This document shows, one piece after another, positions 49,526 to 59,877 of a stretch of DNA of 64,000 bases. Every line of letters begins with the position of its first letter. Position 1 is the stretch's first letter. Under the pieces are notes generated by a model. It was not told the DNA's origin. It ran no database searches and saw nothing but the letters and a program-made list of their open reading frames with translations. The stretch spans positions 1,056,001 to 1,120,000 of the forward strand of contig OZ219918.1 of the NCBI GenBank assembly GCA_964291415.2. Direction: 5' to 3'. This DNA comes from Alphaproteobacteria bacterium (GTDB lineage: Bacteria; Pseudomonadota; Alphaproteobacteria; SP197). A program made the position numbers and the translations under genes.

Positions 49526-52184
49526 CCTCCTCCTCCGCCAGATCTTTCAGCCGGTAGACCAGATCGAGTGCAGCCCGCGGCGTCAGCTGATCAGGCATGA
49601 CATCGTCGACAGCCTGTCTGAGGGCAGAGACAGGCGCAACATCTCGTGCATGCCTCTGCGCTGCGTCGAAGAGGGGAAGTTCGTCGGCAAGCTGTGCCAG
49701 GGAGGCGGCATTGTCGCCCGTTTCGATGGTCTCGAGCACGTCCTTCGCACGCTCGATGACCGCCTGGGGAAGGCCGGCAAGGCGGGCGACATGGATGCCG
49801 TAGCTACGGTTGGCTGCGCCGCGCTCCACCTCGTAGAGGAACACGATATCGTTCTTCCATTCCTTCACCCGCATGGAGTGCGGTCTCAGTGCCGCCAGTG
49901 TTGCGGCGAGCGATGCCAGCTCGTGGTAGTGGGTGGCGAACAGGGCCCGGCACCGGTTGACGTCGTGGAGGTGCTCAAGCACCGCCCAGGCGATGGATAG
50001 GCCGTCGAACGTCGCCGTTCCACGACCGATTTCGTCCAGTATGACGAGGGACCGTTCCCCGGCCTGGTTGAGGATGGCTGCTGTTTCAACCATCTCCACC
50101 ATAAACGTCGATCGCCCGCGCGCGAGATCGTCGGCAGCACCGACACGGCTGAACAGCCGGTCGACGATACCGAGCCTGGCGGCATCCGCCGGCACAAAGC
50201 TCCCAGCCTGGGCCATGATGGCGATCAGTGCATTCTGACGCAGGAATGTCGACTTCCCGGCCATGTTGGGACCGGTGAGCAACCACAGGCGGGCGTCGTC
50301 CTCGAGAACACAGCCGTTGGCGACAAACTCTGCAGACTTGCTGGCCAGGATCTCGACGACCGCGTGACGTCCACCCTCGATCATGAAATCGAGGCCTGCT
50401 GTCACCGATGGTCGGGTGTAGCGACGTTCAACGGCAAGGTCCGCGAGCGCCGCAGCCACGTCAATGACGGCGATCGCACCGGCAGTCGCGGCAATGGCGG
50501 ACGCCTCGGCAAGCACGTCGGTCGTGGCCTTGTGAAAGGCATCGAGTTCGAGGGCGATGGCGCGGTCGGCCGCACGCGACATGGCCGTCTCGAGCTCGCC
50601 CAGTTCGACGGTCGTATAGCGCATTGCATTCGCCATGGTCTGGCGATGAATGAACGTTGCTTCATCAAGACGTGCCGCATGGTTGCTGGCAACCTCGACG
50701 TAGTATCCCAGGACATTGTTGTGGCGGATCTTCAGGGAGGCGACGCCGGTATCCTTCTGGTAGGTGCCCTGGAGTCCGGCCACCAGCTGCCGGCTGTTGT
50801 CGCGCAGTTCCCTGGCCTCGTCGAGTTCCTGGCTGTAGCCGGCGCGCACGAAGCCGCCGTCACGGGCAAGTGGAGGCGGATTGTCGACGAGGAAGCCGGC
50901 GAGATTACCGGCGAGTGGAGGGGTAGCCTGAATGGCGCCTTCCGCTTCGGCGAGTTCCCGGGGCAGATCCTGATAGTGCCCCAGTCTGGCAGCCAGACGG
51001 TCTGCTGCCGTCAGCCCGTCACGTATGGCTGCAAGGTCGCGGGGGCTGCCTCTCGACAGTGCCAGGCGTGCCAGTGCTCTCTCGAGATCAGGCGCTTGAG
51101 CAAGGGTGGTCCGGATGTCGCCACGCAGTTCGGGGTCCTCGACAAACATCTCGACAGCATCCAGACGCGCGGCGATGGCCCCGGTGTCGGTCAGCGGTGC
51201 GGTCAGCCTCTTTCCGAGCAGGCGGGCGCCGGCGCCGGTCACTGTGCGGTCCATGACGCCAAGGAGACTCCCCTGACGATGGCCGTCGAGTGTGCGCATG
51301 AGTTCAAGGTTGCGCCGTGTTGCCTGGTCGATCAGCATCGACTGTCCTGCCACCTGGCGCACCGGTGGCGCCAGTCTGGGAAAGCGGCCCTTCTGGGTCA
51401 GTTCGACATAGCCGAGAAGCCCGCCCATGGCCGCCAGTTCGGCTCGCGTGAAGGAGCCGAAACCGTCCAGCGAGGCAACGGCGTAGAGACCGCGCAGACG
51501 TCGTTCTCCGGCGCGGCTGTCGAACCTGCTGTCGGGTTCCCGAACCAGCCTTGCGCGCCACGGCGCCAGCGCATCCTGGAGGACGGAGTCAATGCTGGCC
51601 TGTTCCGCCACCACGAGTTCGGCCGGGGCGATACTCTCCAGGAGGGCGTTGAGGTCGTCCGCTGCAATGTCGGTGACGGAAAAGCTGCCGGTCGACATCT
51701 CGATCCAGGCAACCGCGGTGGTGGCCCCCGCCTGGGCCAGCGCCGCCAGGTGATTGGCGGAACGGGCATCGAGAAGCGTGTCCTCGACGAGTGTTCCGGG
51801 TGTGACGATGCGGATGACATCTCGCCTCACGATGGCGCTGCTGCCGCGCTTTCTTGCCTCGGCGGGGTCCTCCATCTGTTCGCAGACCGCTACCCGGTAG
51901 CCCTTGTGAATGAGCCGTTCGAGATAGCTGTCGACGGACACCGCCGGAACGCCGCACATCGGAACGTCCATGCCCTGGTGCTGTCCGCGGGTGGTCAATG
52001 CGATGTCGAGCGCACCGGCTGCGGCGACGGCATCGTCGAAGAAGAGCTCGTAGAAGTCGCCCATGCGGAAGAGGAGAAGCTCTCCACGATGCTCTTTCTT
52101 GATCCGCCAGTACTGTTCCATCATCGGCGTGACACGATCGCCGCGCTTCGGTGCGGACTTCTGTGGCGCTGTATCCGTCGTCAC
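49518..52184 (-). CDS. mutS: DNA mismatch repair protein MutS
   Basis: TPMMEQY, FRMGDFYELF, TGPNMAGKST, STFMVEM, DEIGRGT, FATHYHE; GTG start inferred. Confidence 0.97.
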   Translation of the reverse strand: MTTDTAPQKSAPKRGDRVTPMMEQYWRIKKEHRGELLLFRMGDFYELFFDDAVAAAGALDIALTTRGQHQGMDVPMCGVPAVSVDSYLERLIHKGYRVAVCEQMEDPAEARKRGSSAIVRRDVIRIVTPGTLVEDTLLDARSANHLAALAQAGATTAVAWIEMSTGSFSVTDIAADDLNALLESIAPAELVVAEQASIDSVLQDALAPWRARLVREPDSRFDSRAGERRLRGLYAVASLDGFGSFTRAELAAMGGLLGYVELTQKGRFPRLAPPVRQVAGQSMLIDQATRRNLELMRTLDGHRQGSLLGVMDRTVTGAGARLLGKRLTAPLTDTGAIAARLDAVEMFVEDPELRGDIRTTLAQAPDLERALARLALSRGSPRDLAAIRDGLTAADRLAARLGHYQDLPRELAEAEGAIQATPPLAGNLAGFLVDNPPPLARDGGFVRAGYSQELDEARELRDNSRQLVAGLQGTYQKDTGVASLKIRHNNVLGYYVEVASNHAARLDEATFIHRQTMANAMRYTTVELGELETAMSRAADRAIALELDAFHKATTDVLAEASAIAATAGAIAVIDVAAALADLAVERRYTRPSVTAGLDFMIEGGRHAVVEILASKSAEFVANGCVLEDDARLWLLTGPNMAGKSTFLRQNALIAIMAQAGSFVPADAARLGIVDRLFSRVGAADDLARGRSTFMVEMVETAAILNQAGERSLVILDEIGRGTATFDGLSIAWAVLEHLHDVNRCRALFATHYHELASLAATLAALRPHSMRVKEWKNDIVFLYEVERGAANRSYGIHVARLAGLPQAVIERAKDVLETIETGDNAASLAQLADELPLFDAAQRHARDVAPVSALRQAVDDVMPDQLTPRAALDLVYRLKDLAEEEDD

Positions 52185-52218
52185 CCGTCCGTCGCCCTCG
52201 TTGTTGCCGCTGATCGGG

Positions 52219-53067
52219 TCACGAATTGCTGGCCGTGCGCTTCGCATGTTCCCTCGCCAGCGCACACCACGAGTCGATGTCGACATCTTCGGCTCGGGCC
52301 CTGGGGTCCAAACCGGCGCAATGAAGCAGATCCTGCGGATCTCTCGAGACGGTGCCCAGAGCGTTGCGCAGCACCTTGCGCCGCTGGCCGAAACCGGCTT
52401 GCGTGAGTGCGCGCAGCACCGGTTCGGGGGCTGGCGAAAGAGGGGTGTCGCGTGGCGTGATGCGGACCACCGCCGCACGGACTTTCGGTGCCGGGACGAA
52501 GGAGGCAGAGGCAATGCCGAAACACCACTCAACCCGGCACAGCCACTGTACGAGAACACTCAGCCTGCCGTACTGACGGGTACCCGGCGCCGCGACGAGG
52601 CGTTCGGCCACCTCCTTCTGGAACATCAGGATCATGCGATCGATCATGTGGCGATGCTCGACCAGGCGCATGGCGAGCCGTGTCGAACTGTTGAAGGGGA
52701 GATTGCCCATGACCACCGATCCTGGCTCCAGGATCTGGTGAAGATCGCACTCCAGGGCATCGCCTTCGTGGACGGCAAGTCTGCCCGCAGCGGCATCACG
52801 AAGACCGGAAAGTGCCGCACAGCATCGCCGGTCCATCTCGATGGCAAGGACCCGCTTTGCCCCGGCTCTCAGTATGGCCCGCGTCAGTCCGCCCGGACCC
52901 GGACCGATCTCGACGACAACGGCGCCCTCGAGGCTGCCGGCACTGCGGGCGATGCGGTCGAGCACGTTTTCATCAAACAGAAAGTTCTGTCCCAGCGACT
53001 TGCGCGCCCTGAGAGAGAATGCATCCGCGACGTCCCTCAGACGGGGAAGGTCGTCGAGTGGGTTCAA
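52219..53067 (-). CDS. rsmA: 16S rRNA dimethyladenosine transferase
   Basis: KSLGQNFL, VEIGPGPGGLT, GDAL, NLPFN, MFQKEVA, F.P.PKV; TTG start overlaps the surA stop. Confidence 0.95.
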   Translation of the reverse strand: MNPLDDLPRLRDVADAFSLRARKSLGQNFLFDENVLDRIARSAGSLEGAVVVEIGPGPGGLTRAILRAGAKRVLAIEMDRRCCAALSGLRDAAAGRLAVHEGDALECDLHQILEPGSVVMGNLPFNSSTRLAMRLVEHRHMIDRMILMFQKEVAERLVAAPGTRQYGRLSVLVQWLCRVEWCFGIASASFVPAPKVRAAVVRITPRDTPLSPAPEPVLRALTQAGFGQRRKVLRNALGTVSRDPQDLLHCAGLDPRARAEDVDIDSWCALAREHAKRTASNS

Positions 53068-54335
53068 CGCGCTTCCTGGATGCGGATGTCGACGAATGCC
53101 TGGCGTCTGAGGTCGCGAAGATAGCTCCTCGCGATGGTGTCGTGCTGGCGCGCCTCCAGCGTGTTGCGGGCTTCCTCGCGTGTCGGCAGGCCGTGTTCGA
53201 CACGTTCGCACACCATCATGACACGCACTTCACCGGCCCCGGCAACGGGTCCGCCGGCTGTTCCCGGTTCCAGGTTCTCAACCTGGCGGCGCACGTCGTC
53301 CTGGAGGTCAGTCAGTCGTGCCGTCACGGCGTTGCTCACCCGTGGCCCGCCTTCGGTCGCGGCGAGAGCCTCGAGATCCTCGCACGAGGAAAGCGGGGAA
53401 ACAGCGTCCGACACTCTTTCCACCACGTCCGTGGCGTCTTCGTCCGCGGCAAAGACCGCCTGGCGGATGGTGACCTCGATGTCTTCGTCACTCACCCGAT
53501 AACCCGGGCGGATCTCGCGCACCAGGATCAGGGTGTAGCCGCCGAGCGTGCGGATCGGCGGTGACATGTAGCCGACACCCAGGTTGGGTACAACCGCGGC
53601 GAGTTCCTCCGAGAGCTGGCTGTGAACGATCCAGCCCAGATCACCGCCATTGATGGAACTGGCGCTTTGCGAAAACTGCTGGGCAAGAATACTGAACCGG
53701 CCTCCCGAACGCAGGGCATCGGCGAGCCGCTCGATGTTCTCCCTCACACGCTCCTCTTCCTCGGGGTCGTCCACGGAAAGGACGATCTCGGCAAGCAGGT
53801 AGTGGGGTTCGTGCGCGGCGGCGATCATGCGCTGGTACTCGTCCTCGACCTCCGCTTCGAAGATCGGGCGCTGGCGTTGCCGGGCTCTCACCAGTTCACC
53901 CCAGACAATCTCCGCCGTCAGCTGGTCATCGAGCGAATCCAGGCTCAGGCCGCGATCTTCCATGAAGGCAACGAGTTCTCCCGGACCGAGGCCAAGGCTG
54001 CGTTCAACGAAGCCGTAGGTCTCGTTGCGATCAATGCGAAAGCTCCCCAGTCCCTGCCGGGCTCCTTCCTGCAACTGCAGTTTCTCGTTGATCAGCATCG
54101 AGGCGACCTGTGGCAGGAGTTGTCTGCGGCTCTCGGGCGTATCGGTGATTCCCGACAGGGAAAGAACGAGGGAAAGGCGCGCGGCCAGATCCCGTTCGGT
54201 GATCGCCTCGTCGTTGACAACCATAGCAATTCCAAGTGATTCCTGGGCCCAGGAGGGTACCGGAACGAAGGCCAGGGCAAGGGCAAGAAGCACCCGAGCG
54301 GGCAGGGACCAAGGCAGATGTCGGCTCATAGACAT
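53064..54335 (-). CDS. surA: SurA-like periplasmic chaperone / parvulin PPIase
   Basis: Signal peptide, VVNDEAIT, LA.QFS....GGDLGW, SPPIRT..G, YLRDLRRQAFVD. Confidence 0.9.
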   Translation of the reverse strand: MSMSRHLPWSLPARVLLALALAFVPVPSWAQESLGIAMVVNDEAITERDLAARLSLVLSLSGITDTPESRRQLLPQVASMLINEKLQLQEGARQGLGSFRIDRNETYGFVERSLGLGPGELVAFMEDRGLSLDSLDDQLTAEIVWGELVRARQRQRPIFEAEVEDEYQRMIAAAHEPHYLLAEIVLSVDDPEEEERVRENIERLADALRSGGRFSILAQQFSQSASSINGGDLGWIVHSQLSEELAAVVPNLGVGYMSPPIRTLGGYTLILVREIRPGYRVSDEDIEVTIRQAVFAADEDATDVVERVSDAVSPLSSCEDLEALAATEGGPRVSNAVTARLTDLQDDVRRQVENLEPGTAGGPVAGAGEVRVMMVCERVEHGLPTREEARNTLEARQHDTIARSYLRDLRRQAFVDIRIQEAR

Positions 54336-54400
54336 GAAATCTCCAGGCAATCGCCAAGGTGCTGGAATCGATCGGGCGAATCAAGGTGACGGGGGGGATT

Positions 54401-56533
54401 TCAACCCAGCGTGACGAGCCGGATCCTGAAGATGACCACGGTTTCCGGACTGTAGTCCATGGCTCGGGTGAAACGCCTTTCTCCGCTCAGGCTCATTTCC
54501 AGACATTCGTCCTGGTAGGCGAGGGCGCTGCCGAACAAAATGGACTCGCCCCTGTCCACGTCCCCGCGCCAGCTTCCCTTGAGAGACCAGTTGTCGATCA
54601 GTCTGAACTCAGCGCCAGTGCTGATCTGGGCGCGTTCCCTCAAGGGGTAGATGACGGGGTCGGTTTCCTCGTCGAGCCGCACGTAGCTGACTTCGAGATT
54701 CGCGTCATCAGTGCCGACGTTCAGGCCGAGTTCCGAGCGGTAAAGGGACTTGAACTCGTCAGATATGCGGAAGCGGTAGAGCAGGTCGAGGTACGGGAAG
54801 GGATTGATCTGCAGTCGCCCGACATAGTCGGAGAAATGTCCCGAAAGGCCCTGGCTCTCGTCAAATGTGCTGTCGTCGTGTGCCCGCCAGGCCTGGCCGA
54901 GGAAGAGTTCGTAGTGCCCGGAATCGCGATCGTACTGACCGAGGCGCAGGCCGTAGTTGACCCGCAATCCACCCTCGACCCTGTCGAGACCGGGAAACCT
55001 GTTGGTTGAGAAAAGGTTGATCTCGTCGAACTCGAAGTCCTGACCGTCCTCGTTGGGGATCTTACGGGAATTGCCGCCATTGGGACTCCACACAACCATC
55101 GCCATCGGTTCGAAGAACTGATGAGAAGTGTCGCCCATCCGGGCGAAGGGATAGCGCCACTCGATGAGTGCCTCGGGAACAAACCGGCTGGCGAATCCGG
55201 ATTGCTTGCGATCAGCCAAGGGAACATTGGAGGCATGGTAGGCATCGCCGCGCAACGAGAGGCGTGTGCGGAAGTACTGGCCATTTGCCGTCAGAAAGGG
55301 AGCCTGCCAGGCGAATCCGGTGGAGAAACGGCGGCTGTCGGTTCCGTCGCTTCGTGTCAGGACGAGAAGACTGGACTCGACACTTGCGGACGATCCGGTC
55401 TTCGAAGGAGGTGTGAGGTAGCTGTACGTGAGGAGCGGAGCGACAAGCGGGATCTGGCCAGGGTCGTCGATCGGTCTCAATCCCTGGTAGAGATAGCCGG
55501 AGGCCGCGGCATAGGAGCGGTCGTCGAAGTATTCGACGAAGGCATCCGAAACAAGCGTGTCGAGACTCGCGATGTCGAATCGCGACAGGTAGGAATCGTC
55601 GGATGCACGGTGAACGTCGGCACCGAAGTGGGTGCTGGAGTCGGCCATCCACAGGCCGTTCGCCTTGAGATGCCAACGTGTGTCACGTCCTCCCTTGAGG
55701 TGGCCGCTGTTGTGGCGGGCCCTGGCGCGGACGACGGAGCCTTCCACCAGAAGATCACCATCGGCCATGAGTTCCCGGTACTCGGAGGAGAGAATGAGCC
55801 CTTCCTCGCGGGTGATGGTGGGGGTCACAGTGAGGTCGCGTGACGGGGAAAGTTCGATGTAGTAGGGCACACTCATGTAGGTGCCCAGTGTGCTGCTCCT
55901 TCCGTAGTCCGGAACCAGGAATCCGGTGCGCCGTTCCACGGTCGGATCCGGATGACGCATGAAGGGCGAGTAGGCGACCGGAATTCCGAAGACTTCCAGA
56001 GTCACGTCCCGGTAGGTGATATCGTGGGTCTCCTCGTCATGGATCACGCTCCTTGCCTTCAATTGCCAGAGCGGAAAATCGTCAGGATTGTCCGGACACA
56101 GTTCGCAAGGACTGTAGACGGCACGCTCCAGGACCGTGATCCGGCCGTCACTGCGCTCGGCCCTGGATGCAGCCAGCCTGGCGCCGTTGCTGAGCAGCAG
56201 GCGAATTCCTTCAATGACGCCCTCGCGCAGATCGCCGGTGACTTCGATATGGTCCGAATGAAGGGTCTGTCCGTCACTGTCGACAATGACGACATCGCCG
56301 GAGGCCGTCACGCGATCACCGGGCCGGTCATAGGTCAGGCGATCGGCCTCGAGTACATAACCTCTGGTGATCAGGGTGACCGAGCCCTGGGCCGACGTGA
56401 TGCCGGAATGACTGTCGTGCGTGATTTCATCGGCCTGCAGAACGGCCGGATCGGACTCGTGATCGTCCGCCGCCACCTGGCTCATGAGGAACGCCAGCAC
56501 GAGGGCGGCCACCAGGACGGCCGACCGGACCAT
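54401..56533 (-). CDS. lptD: LPS assembly protein LptD
   Basis: L.ADEI, YSPC..C...P.W, R.TGFL.P, NRFPG.DR.EGG.R, Y.DEC, C-terminal LVTLG. Confidence 0.95.
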   Translation of the reverse strand: MVRSAVLVAALVLAFLMSQVAADDHESDPAVLQADEITHDSHSGITSAQGSVTLITRGYVLEADRLTYDRPGDRVTASGDVVIVDSDGQTLHSDHIEVTGDLREGVIEGIRLLLSNGARLAASRAERSDGRITVLERAVYSPCELCPDNPDDFPLWQLKARSVIHDEETHDITYRDVTLEVFGIPVAYSPFMRHPDPTVERRTGFLVPDYGRSSTLGTYMSVPYYIELSPSRDLTVTPTITREEGLILSSEYRELMADGDLLVEGSVVRARARHNSGHLKGGRDTRWHLKANGLWMADSSTHFGADVHRASDDSYLSRFDIASLDTLVSDAFVEYFDDRSYAAASGYLYQGLRPIDDPGQIPLVAPLLTYSYLTPPSKTGSSASVESSLLVLTRSDGTDSRRFSTGFAWQAPFLTANGQYFRTRLSLRGDAYHASNVPLADRKQSGFASRFVPEALIEWRYPFARMGDTSHQFFEPMAMVVWSPNGGNSRKIPNEDGQDFEFDEINLFSTNRFPGLDRVEGGLRVNYGLRLGQYDRDSGHYELFLGQAWRAHDDSTFDESQGLSGHFSDYVGRLQINPFPYLDLLYRFRISDEFKSLYRSELGLNVGTDDANLEVSYVRLDEETDPVIYPLRERAQISTGAEFRLIDNWSLKGSWRGDVDRGESILFGSALAYQDECLEMSLSGERRFTRAMDYSPETVVIFRIRLVTLG

Positions 56534-57628
56534 TTATCCGTCTTCCGTATGGAGCAGCATCGTGCTTCCGATCGAAGTGAAAATGGCAACGGGTCCCCAC
56601 ACGGCAAGCAGAACCGGAAGATTGCCCGACATGCCGTAGGCGATGAAAATATCCGATACGACGTAGACGATAAACCCGAATCCCAGCCCGGCGACGGCGA
56701 AGAGGCTGACGTTGCCCTGGCGTGTCAGGCGCAGGGAAAACGTTGCCGCAACCAACACCATGGATGCCAGAAACAGCGGTATGGCGAGCACGGCATGCCA
56801 GTGAATGCGATGCTGCAGCGCAGAAAATCCCGCGTTCTCCATGACCGAGATGAACTCGGGGAGATCCCAGAACGAGATGGTCTCGGGCGATGCGAAGGCA
56901 GCCTGCAGGCGATCGAGGGAAAGTTCTGTCGGCACCTCGAATGTGCTGAGGCTCGCGGTGCTCTGATCGGGACGGCTGATCAGGACCTCTTCCATGGCCC
57001 AGCGATGGTCGCCGAGGGTGGCCCGCTTGGCATCGTAGCGCTCGATGAACCGGTCGTTCTCGCCGAACACGAGGATAATGACATCCTCCAGTTCGGTACC
57101 GCTGGCCGACACCTCGTGAGCATGAATCACGGATTGGCGGGTGTCGTCGCCCTCCCTGATCCACATGTTGCCGGGCGCGACGGCAAGAACGTTGGCCTGG
57201 CTTCTGACATTGCGGTTCTCGAGCTGTTCGAAGCGGGAAATCAGGGCCGACGCGAGGGGGTTGAAGATGGTGATGGTGGCGATGCCGAGGACGACCGTGA
57301 TTGTGAGTGCCGGCAGCAGGAACTGCCACACAGACACACCAGTGGCCCGCATGACCACCAGTTCGTGGGTCCTGGTGAGCCAGATGTAGGTCAGCATGGT
57401 GCCGAACAGGACCGAAAACGGGAGTATCTTCACCATGAAGTAGGGAATGCGCAGCAGCGCCATCTCCAGCACCAGGGCAAGATCCGCGCTCTCCCGAGAG
57501 GCGGCCCGACCTCCCAGGTTCACGATGTCGACGAGAAAGGTGACGGCCAGCATGACCACGAGAACCAGCATGACCGACATGAAGAATCGCCGGGCAATGT
57601 ACTTCGAGAGGACGAAGGACAACCGCAT
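56534..57628 (-). CDS. lptG: LPS export ABC transporter permease LptG
   Basis: LSKYIARRF, ELVVMRATGVSVWQ, SPETISFWDL, LLHTEDG C-terminus. Confidence 0.93.
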   Translation of the reverse strand: MRLSFVLSKYIARRFFMSVMLVLVVMLAVTFLVDIVNLGGRAASRESADLALVLEMALLRIPYFMVKILPFSVLFGTMLTYIWLTRTHELVVMRATGVSVWQFLLPALTITVVLGIATITIFNPLASALISRFEQLENRNVRSQANVLAVAPGNMWIREGDDTRQSVIHAHEVSASGTELEDVIILVFGENDRFIERYDAKRATLGDHRWAMEEVLISRPDQSTASLSTFEVPTELSLDRLQAAFASPETISFWDLPEFISVMENAGFSALQHRIHWHAVLAIPLFLASMVLVAATFSLRLTRQGNVSLFAVAGLGFGFIVYVVSDIFIAYGMSGNLPVLLAVWGPVAIFTSIGSTMLLHTEDG

Positions 57629-57632
57629 GGCA

Positions 57633-58766
57633 CTAGACGCCTGACCTGAGCGAGCCGGACGTGAAGAACGGCAGGGAGAAACGATGCTGCAGCATCGTCC
57701 AGATGGCCAGCCAGAAGGCGATAACAGGAAGCACGTAGAGAGGACCGATGAGAAGCGTGTTCTTGACCACAAGGCTGGTGAGAGAGAACGAGATCCCGAG
57801 ATAGAGCAGACCAAAGCCCAGCCCGCTGACAATTCTCGGCCATTGGTGGCGGCGGTCGAATTCGCCGGCGGTCATCGCGGCAAAGCCGATAAGCGCCATG
57901 ACGAGAGAGGCCAGTGGCAGCACCACACGCCTGTGGGCCTCCGCCAGAAACTCGCCCCGGTTGTCGTCGTCGATGGCGGTGAACGGACCGCTGATGAGTT
58001 CATGGAGATACCGCTCCTTGGGTTCCCTGTTGCGTGACGGGGGCGCGCCCGAAAGCTGGCCGAGATCGAGGGCATAGCTGTCGAAATAGAGCATGCTGAG
58101 GGTGCGCTCGTTGCCGGCGATCTCCTGGCGCGTGCCGTTCGCCAGCACCAGTTGCAGGCCTCCGTCCTCCGCGACCAGCGATCCCCACTGCGCCAGCATG
58201 GTGATCTTGCGGTCCCGTTCGCGGTTGTCGTGGATGATGATGCCGCGGAAACGGCCCTCCCTGTCCTCATCCCGGTAATAGACCGTGAACCTTGGAATGA
58301 GCTGGTTGAACGTACCCTTGCGCAAGAGCAGGTGATGAAAGTCGCTCCTGAGGTGCGCCTGTTCATCCTTGAACTCCCGAAAACCCGCAGGTGACAGCCA
58401 CAGGGTCAGCACCCAGCCCAGGACGGCAACGAGGACGCCGAGGACGATCACAGGCCTGACCAGGTCCCAGGGGCCGAGACCGGCGGAGCGCATGACCACC
58501 AGCTCACGATCGATCGTCAGCCGATTGAATGTATAGATCACGGCACACAGCACGGCGACGGGCAGCGTCACCGGAAGGATCGACGGCATCAGGAGCAGCG
58601 TGATTTCGAGGAAGGCGAGGACCGAGAGGCCGCGGTTGATGATGAAATCGAGGAACCGCAGCGACTGGGTAAGCCAGATCACGCTCACCAGCACGGCAGC
58701 GATGGTGATCGTCGTCAACACCAGCTGAAGGAGAATGTAGGACGTATGCCTGCGGACCATCGGCAT
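57633..58766 (-). CDS. lptF: LPS export ABC transporter permease LptF
   Basis: IWLTQSLRF, DRELVVMRSAG, G.FN, L.FDSY..DL, AEAHRR. Confidence 0.93.
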   Translation of the reverse strand: MPMVRRHTSYILLQLVLTTITIAAVLVSVIWLTQSLRFLDFIINRGLSVLAFLEITLLLMPSILPVTLPVAVLCAVIYTFNRLTIDRELVVMRSAGLGPWDLVRPVIVLGVLVAVLGWVLTLWLSPAGFREFKDEQAHLRSDFHHLLLRKGTFNQLIPRFTVYYRDEDREGRFRGIIIHDNRERDRKITMLAQWGSLVAEDGGLQLVLANGTRQEIAGNERTLSMLYFDSYALDLGQLSGAPPSRNREPKERYLHELISGPFTAIDDDNRGEFLAEAHRRVVLPLASLVMALIGFAAMTAGEFDRRHQWPRIVSGLGFGLLYLGISFSLTSLVVKNTLLIGPLYVLPVIAFWLAIWTMLQHRFSLPFFTSGSLRSGV

Positions 58767-58934
58767 GGACTGTGCGTTGCTCCCCTCCCCTTGCGATATA
58801 CAGGGGAAACGGGACCGAGTCACCCGAGCGAAGCCCCGGGGAGCCACGTGCCAAACCGGACTCCGGGTGAGGGGCGTCTCGCCTGGCCCGGTCCTGCCGT
58901 GTAGGCTGGAGCCTGCAGACAAGGGCATCGTGCC

Positions 58935-59774
58935 ATGCCGCAATTCGACCGCGCCGGAGAGGATGTCGGCAACATCGTCGCGTTGGAGCACGTCAATGTC
59001 CGGGTGCCGGACCAGGCGCGCGCGACCGACTTCTACATCACCGCGCTCGGTCTCACGCGCGACCCCTATCTGGTGACCGGAACGGACAACATGTGGGTCA
59101 ATGTCGGGCAGAGCCAGTTCCATCTTCCGACGGGCGAACCGCAACGCTTGCGCGGCCGGATCGGCCTTGTCATGCCCGATCTCGACGCTCTCGAAACCCG
59201 TCTTGCCGCCGCCAGGATGCCCAGCGAACGGGAGAACGGCCACATCGACACGACGTGCCCGTGGGGCAATCGCATTCGCGTGCACGGGCCGCGAGACGCA
59301 CGGACGCTTGCCATGGCCTATGTGGCCTTCGATGTGCCCGAGGGAACGGCGGAAGCGGTGGCGGCCTTCTACCGCGAAGTGTGGAAGACGGGGGCCTGGG
59401 TGGATCAGGATGGGGTGGCCCATGCCCCGGTCGGGCACGGCCAGGAACTCCTCTTTGTCGAGACCGCGGGACCGCCGCCGGATTATGACGGCCACCATAT
59501 CGCGATCTACGTGGCGGACTTTTCCGGCCCGCACCGGTGGCTGGAGAAAAGGGAACTCGTCTCCGAAGAAAGCAACCGGTGGCAGTACCGCTTCCTCGAT
59601 ATCGTCGATCCCGGTACGGGCGAGCCGGTGTTCCGCATCGAGCATGAGGTACGCTCCATGACCCACCCGATCTACGCGCGCTCCCTGGTCAACCGCAATC
59701 CGGACGTCACCAACAGCGCCTTCGCCGCGGGCCACGAAGCCGTTGCCTGGACAGCGCCTCCAGACCCGTGCTGA
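58935..59774 (+). CDS. uncharacterised glyoxalase/VOC-superfamily protein
   Basis: LEHVNV.VPD...A..FY...LGL, QFHLP, HHIAIY, EHEVRS. Confidence 0.75.
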   Translation: MPQFDRAGEDVGNIVALEHVNVRVPDQARATDFYITALGLTRDPYLVTGTDNMWVNVGQSQFHLPTGEPQRLRGRIGLVMPDLDALETRLAAARMPSERENGHIDTTCPWGNRIRVHGPRDARTLAMAYVAFDVPEGTAEAVAAFYREVWKTGAWVDQDGVAHAPVGHGQELLFVETAGPPPDYDGHHIAIYVADFSGPHRWLEKRELVSEESNRWQYRFLDIVDPGTGEPVFRIEHEVRSMTHPIYARSLVNRNPDVTNSAFAAGHEAVAWTAPPDPC

Positions 59775-59792
59775 ACCGTTCACGCGCCCCGC

Positions 59793-59849
59793 TGTCGCGG
59801 AAATGTCGGGTTCCTGTCGTGGCATCCGACGCTGAATCGGGCCATGTCG
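59793..59849 (+). promoter_or_regulatory. phased TGTCG direct repeats upstream of the XRE gene
   Basis: TGTCG at 59793, 59804, 59815 (11-bp period), inverted CCGAC at 59826, and TGTCG at 59845. Confidence 0.55.
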
Positions 59850-59877
59850 GTTTGCGAGAACGGCGGGAGTGGCGTTG

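Noticed and set aside
27481-52406. Long antisense ORFs (27481-29421, 45333-46925, 47120-49336, 50364-52406 and similar)
   Set aside because: Shadow frames of high-GC genes; the opposite strand carries clear conserved motifs and these do not.
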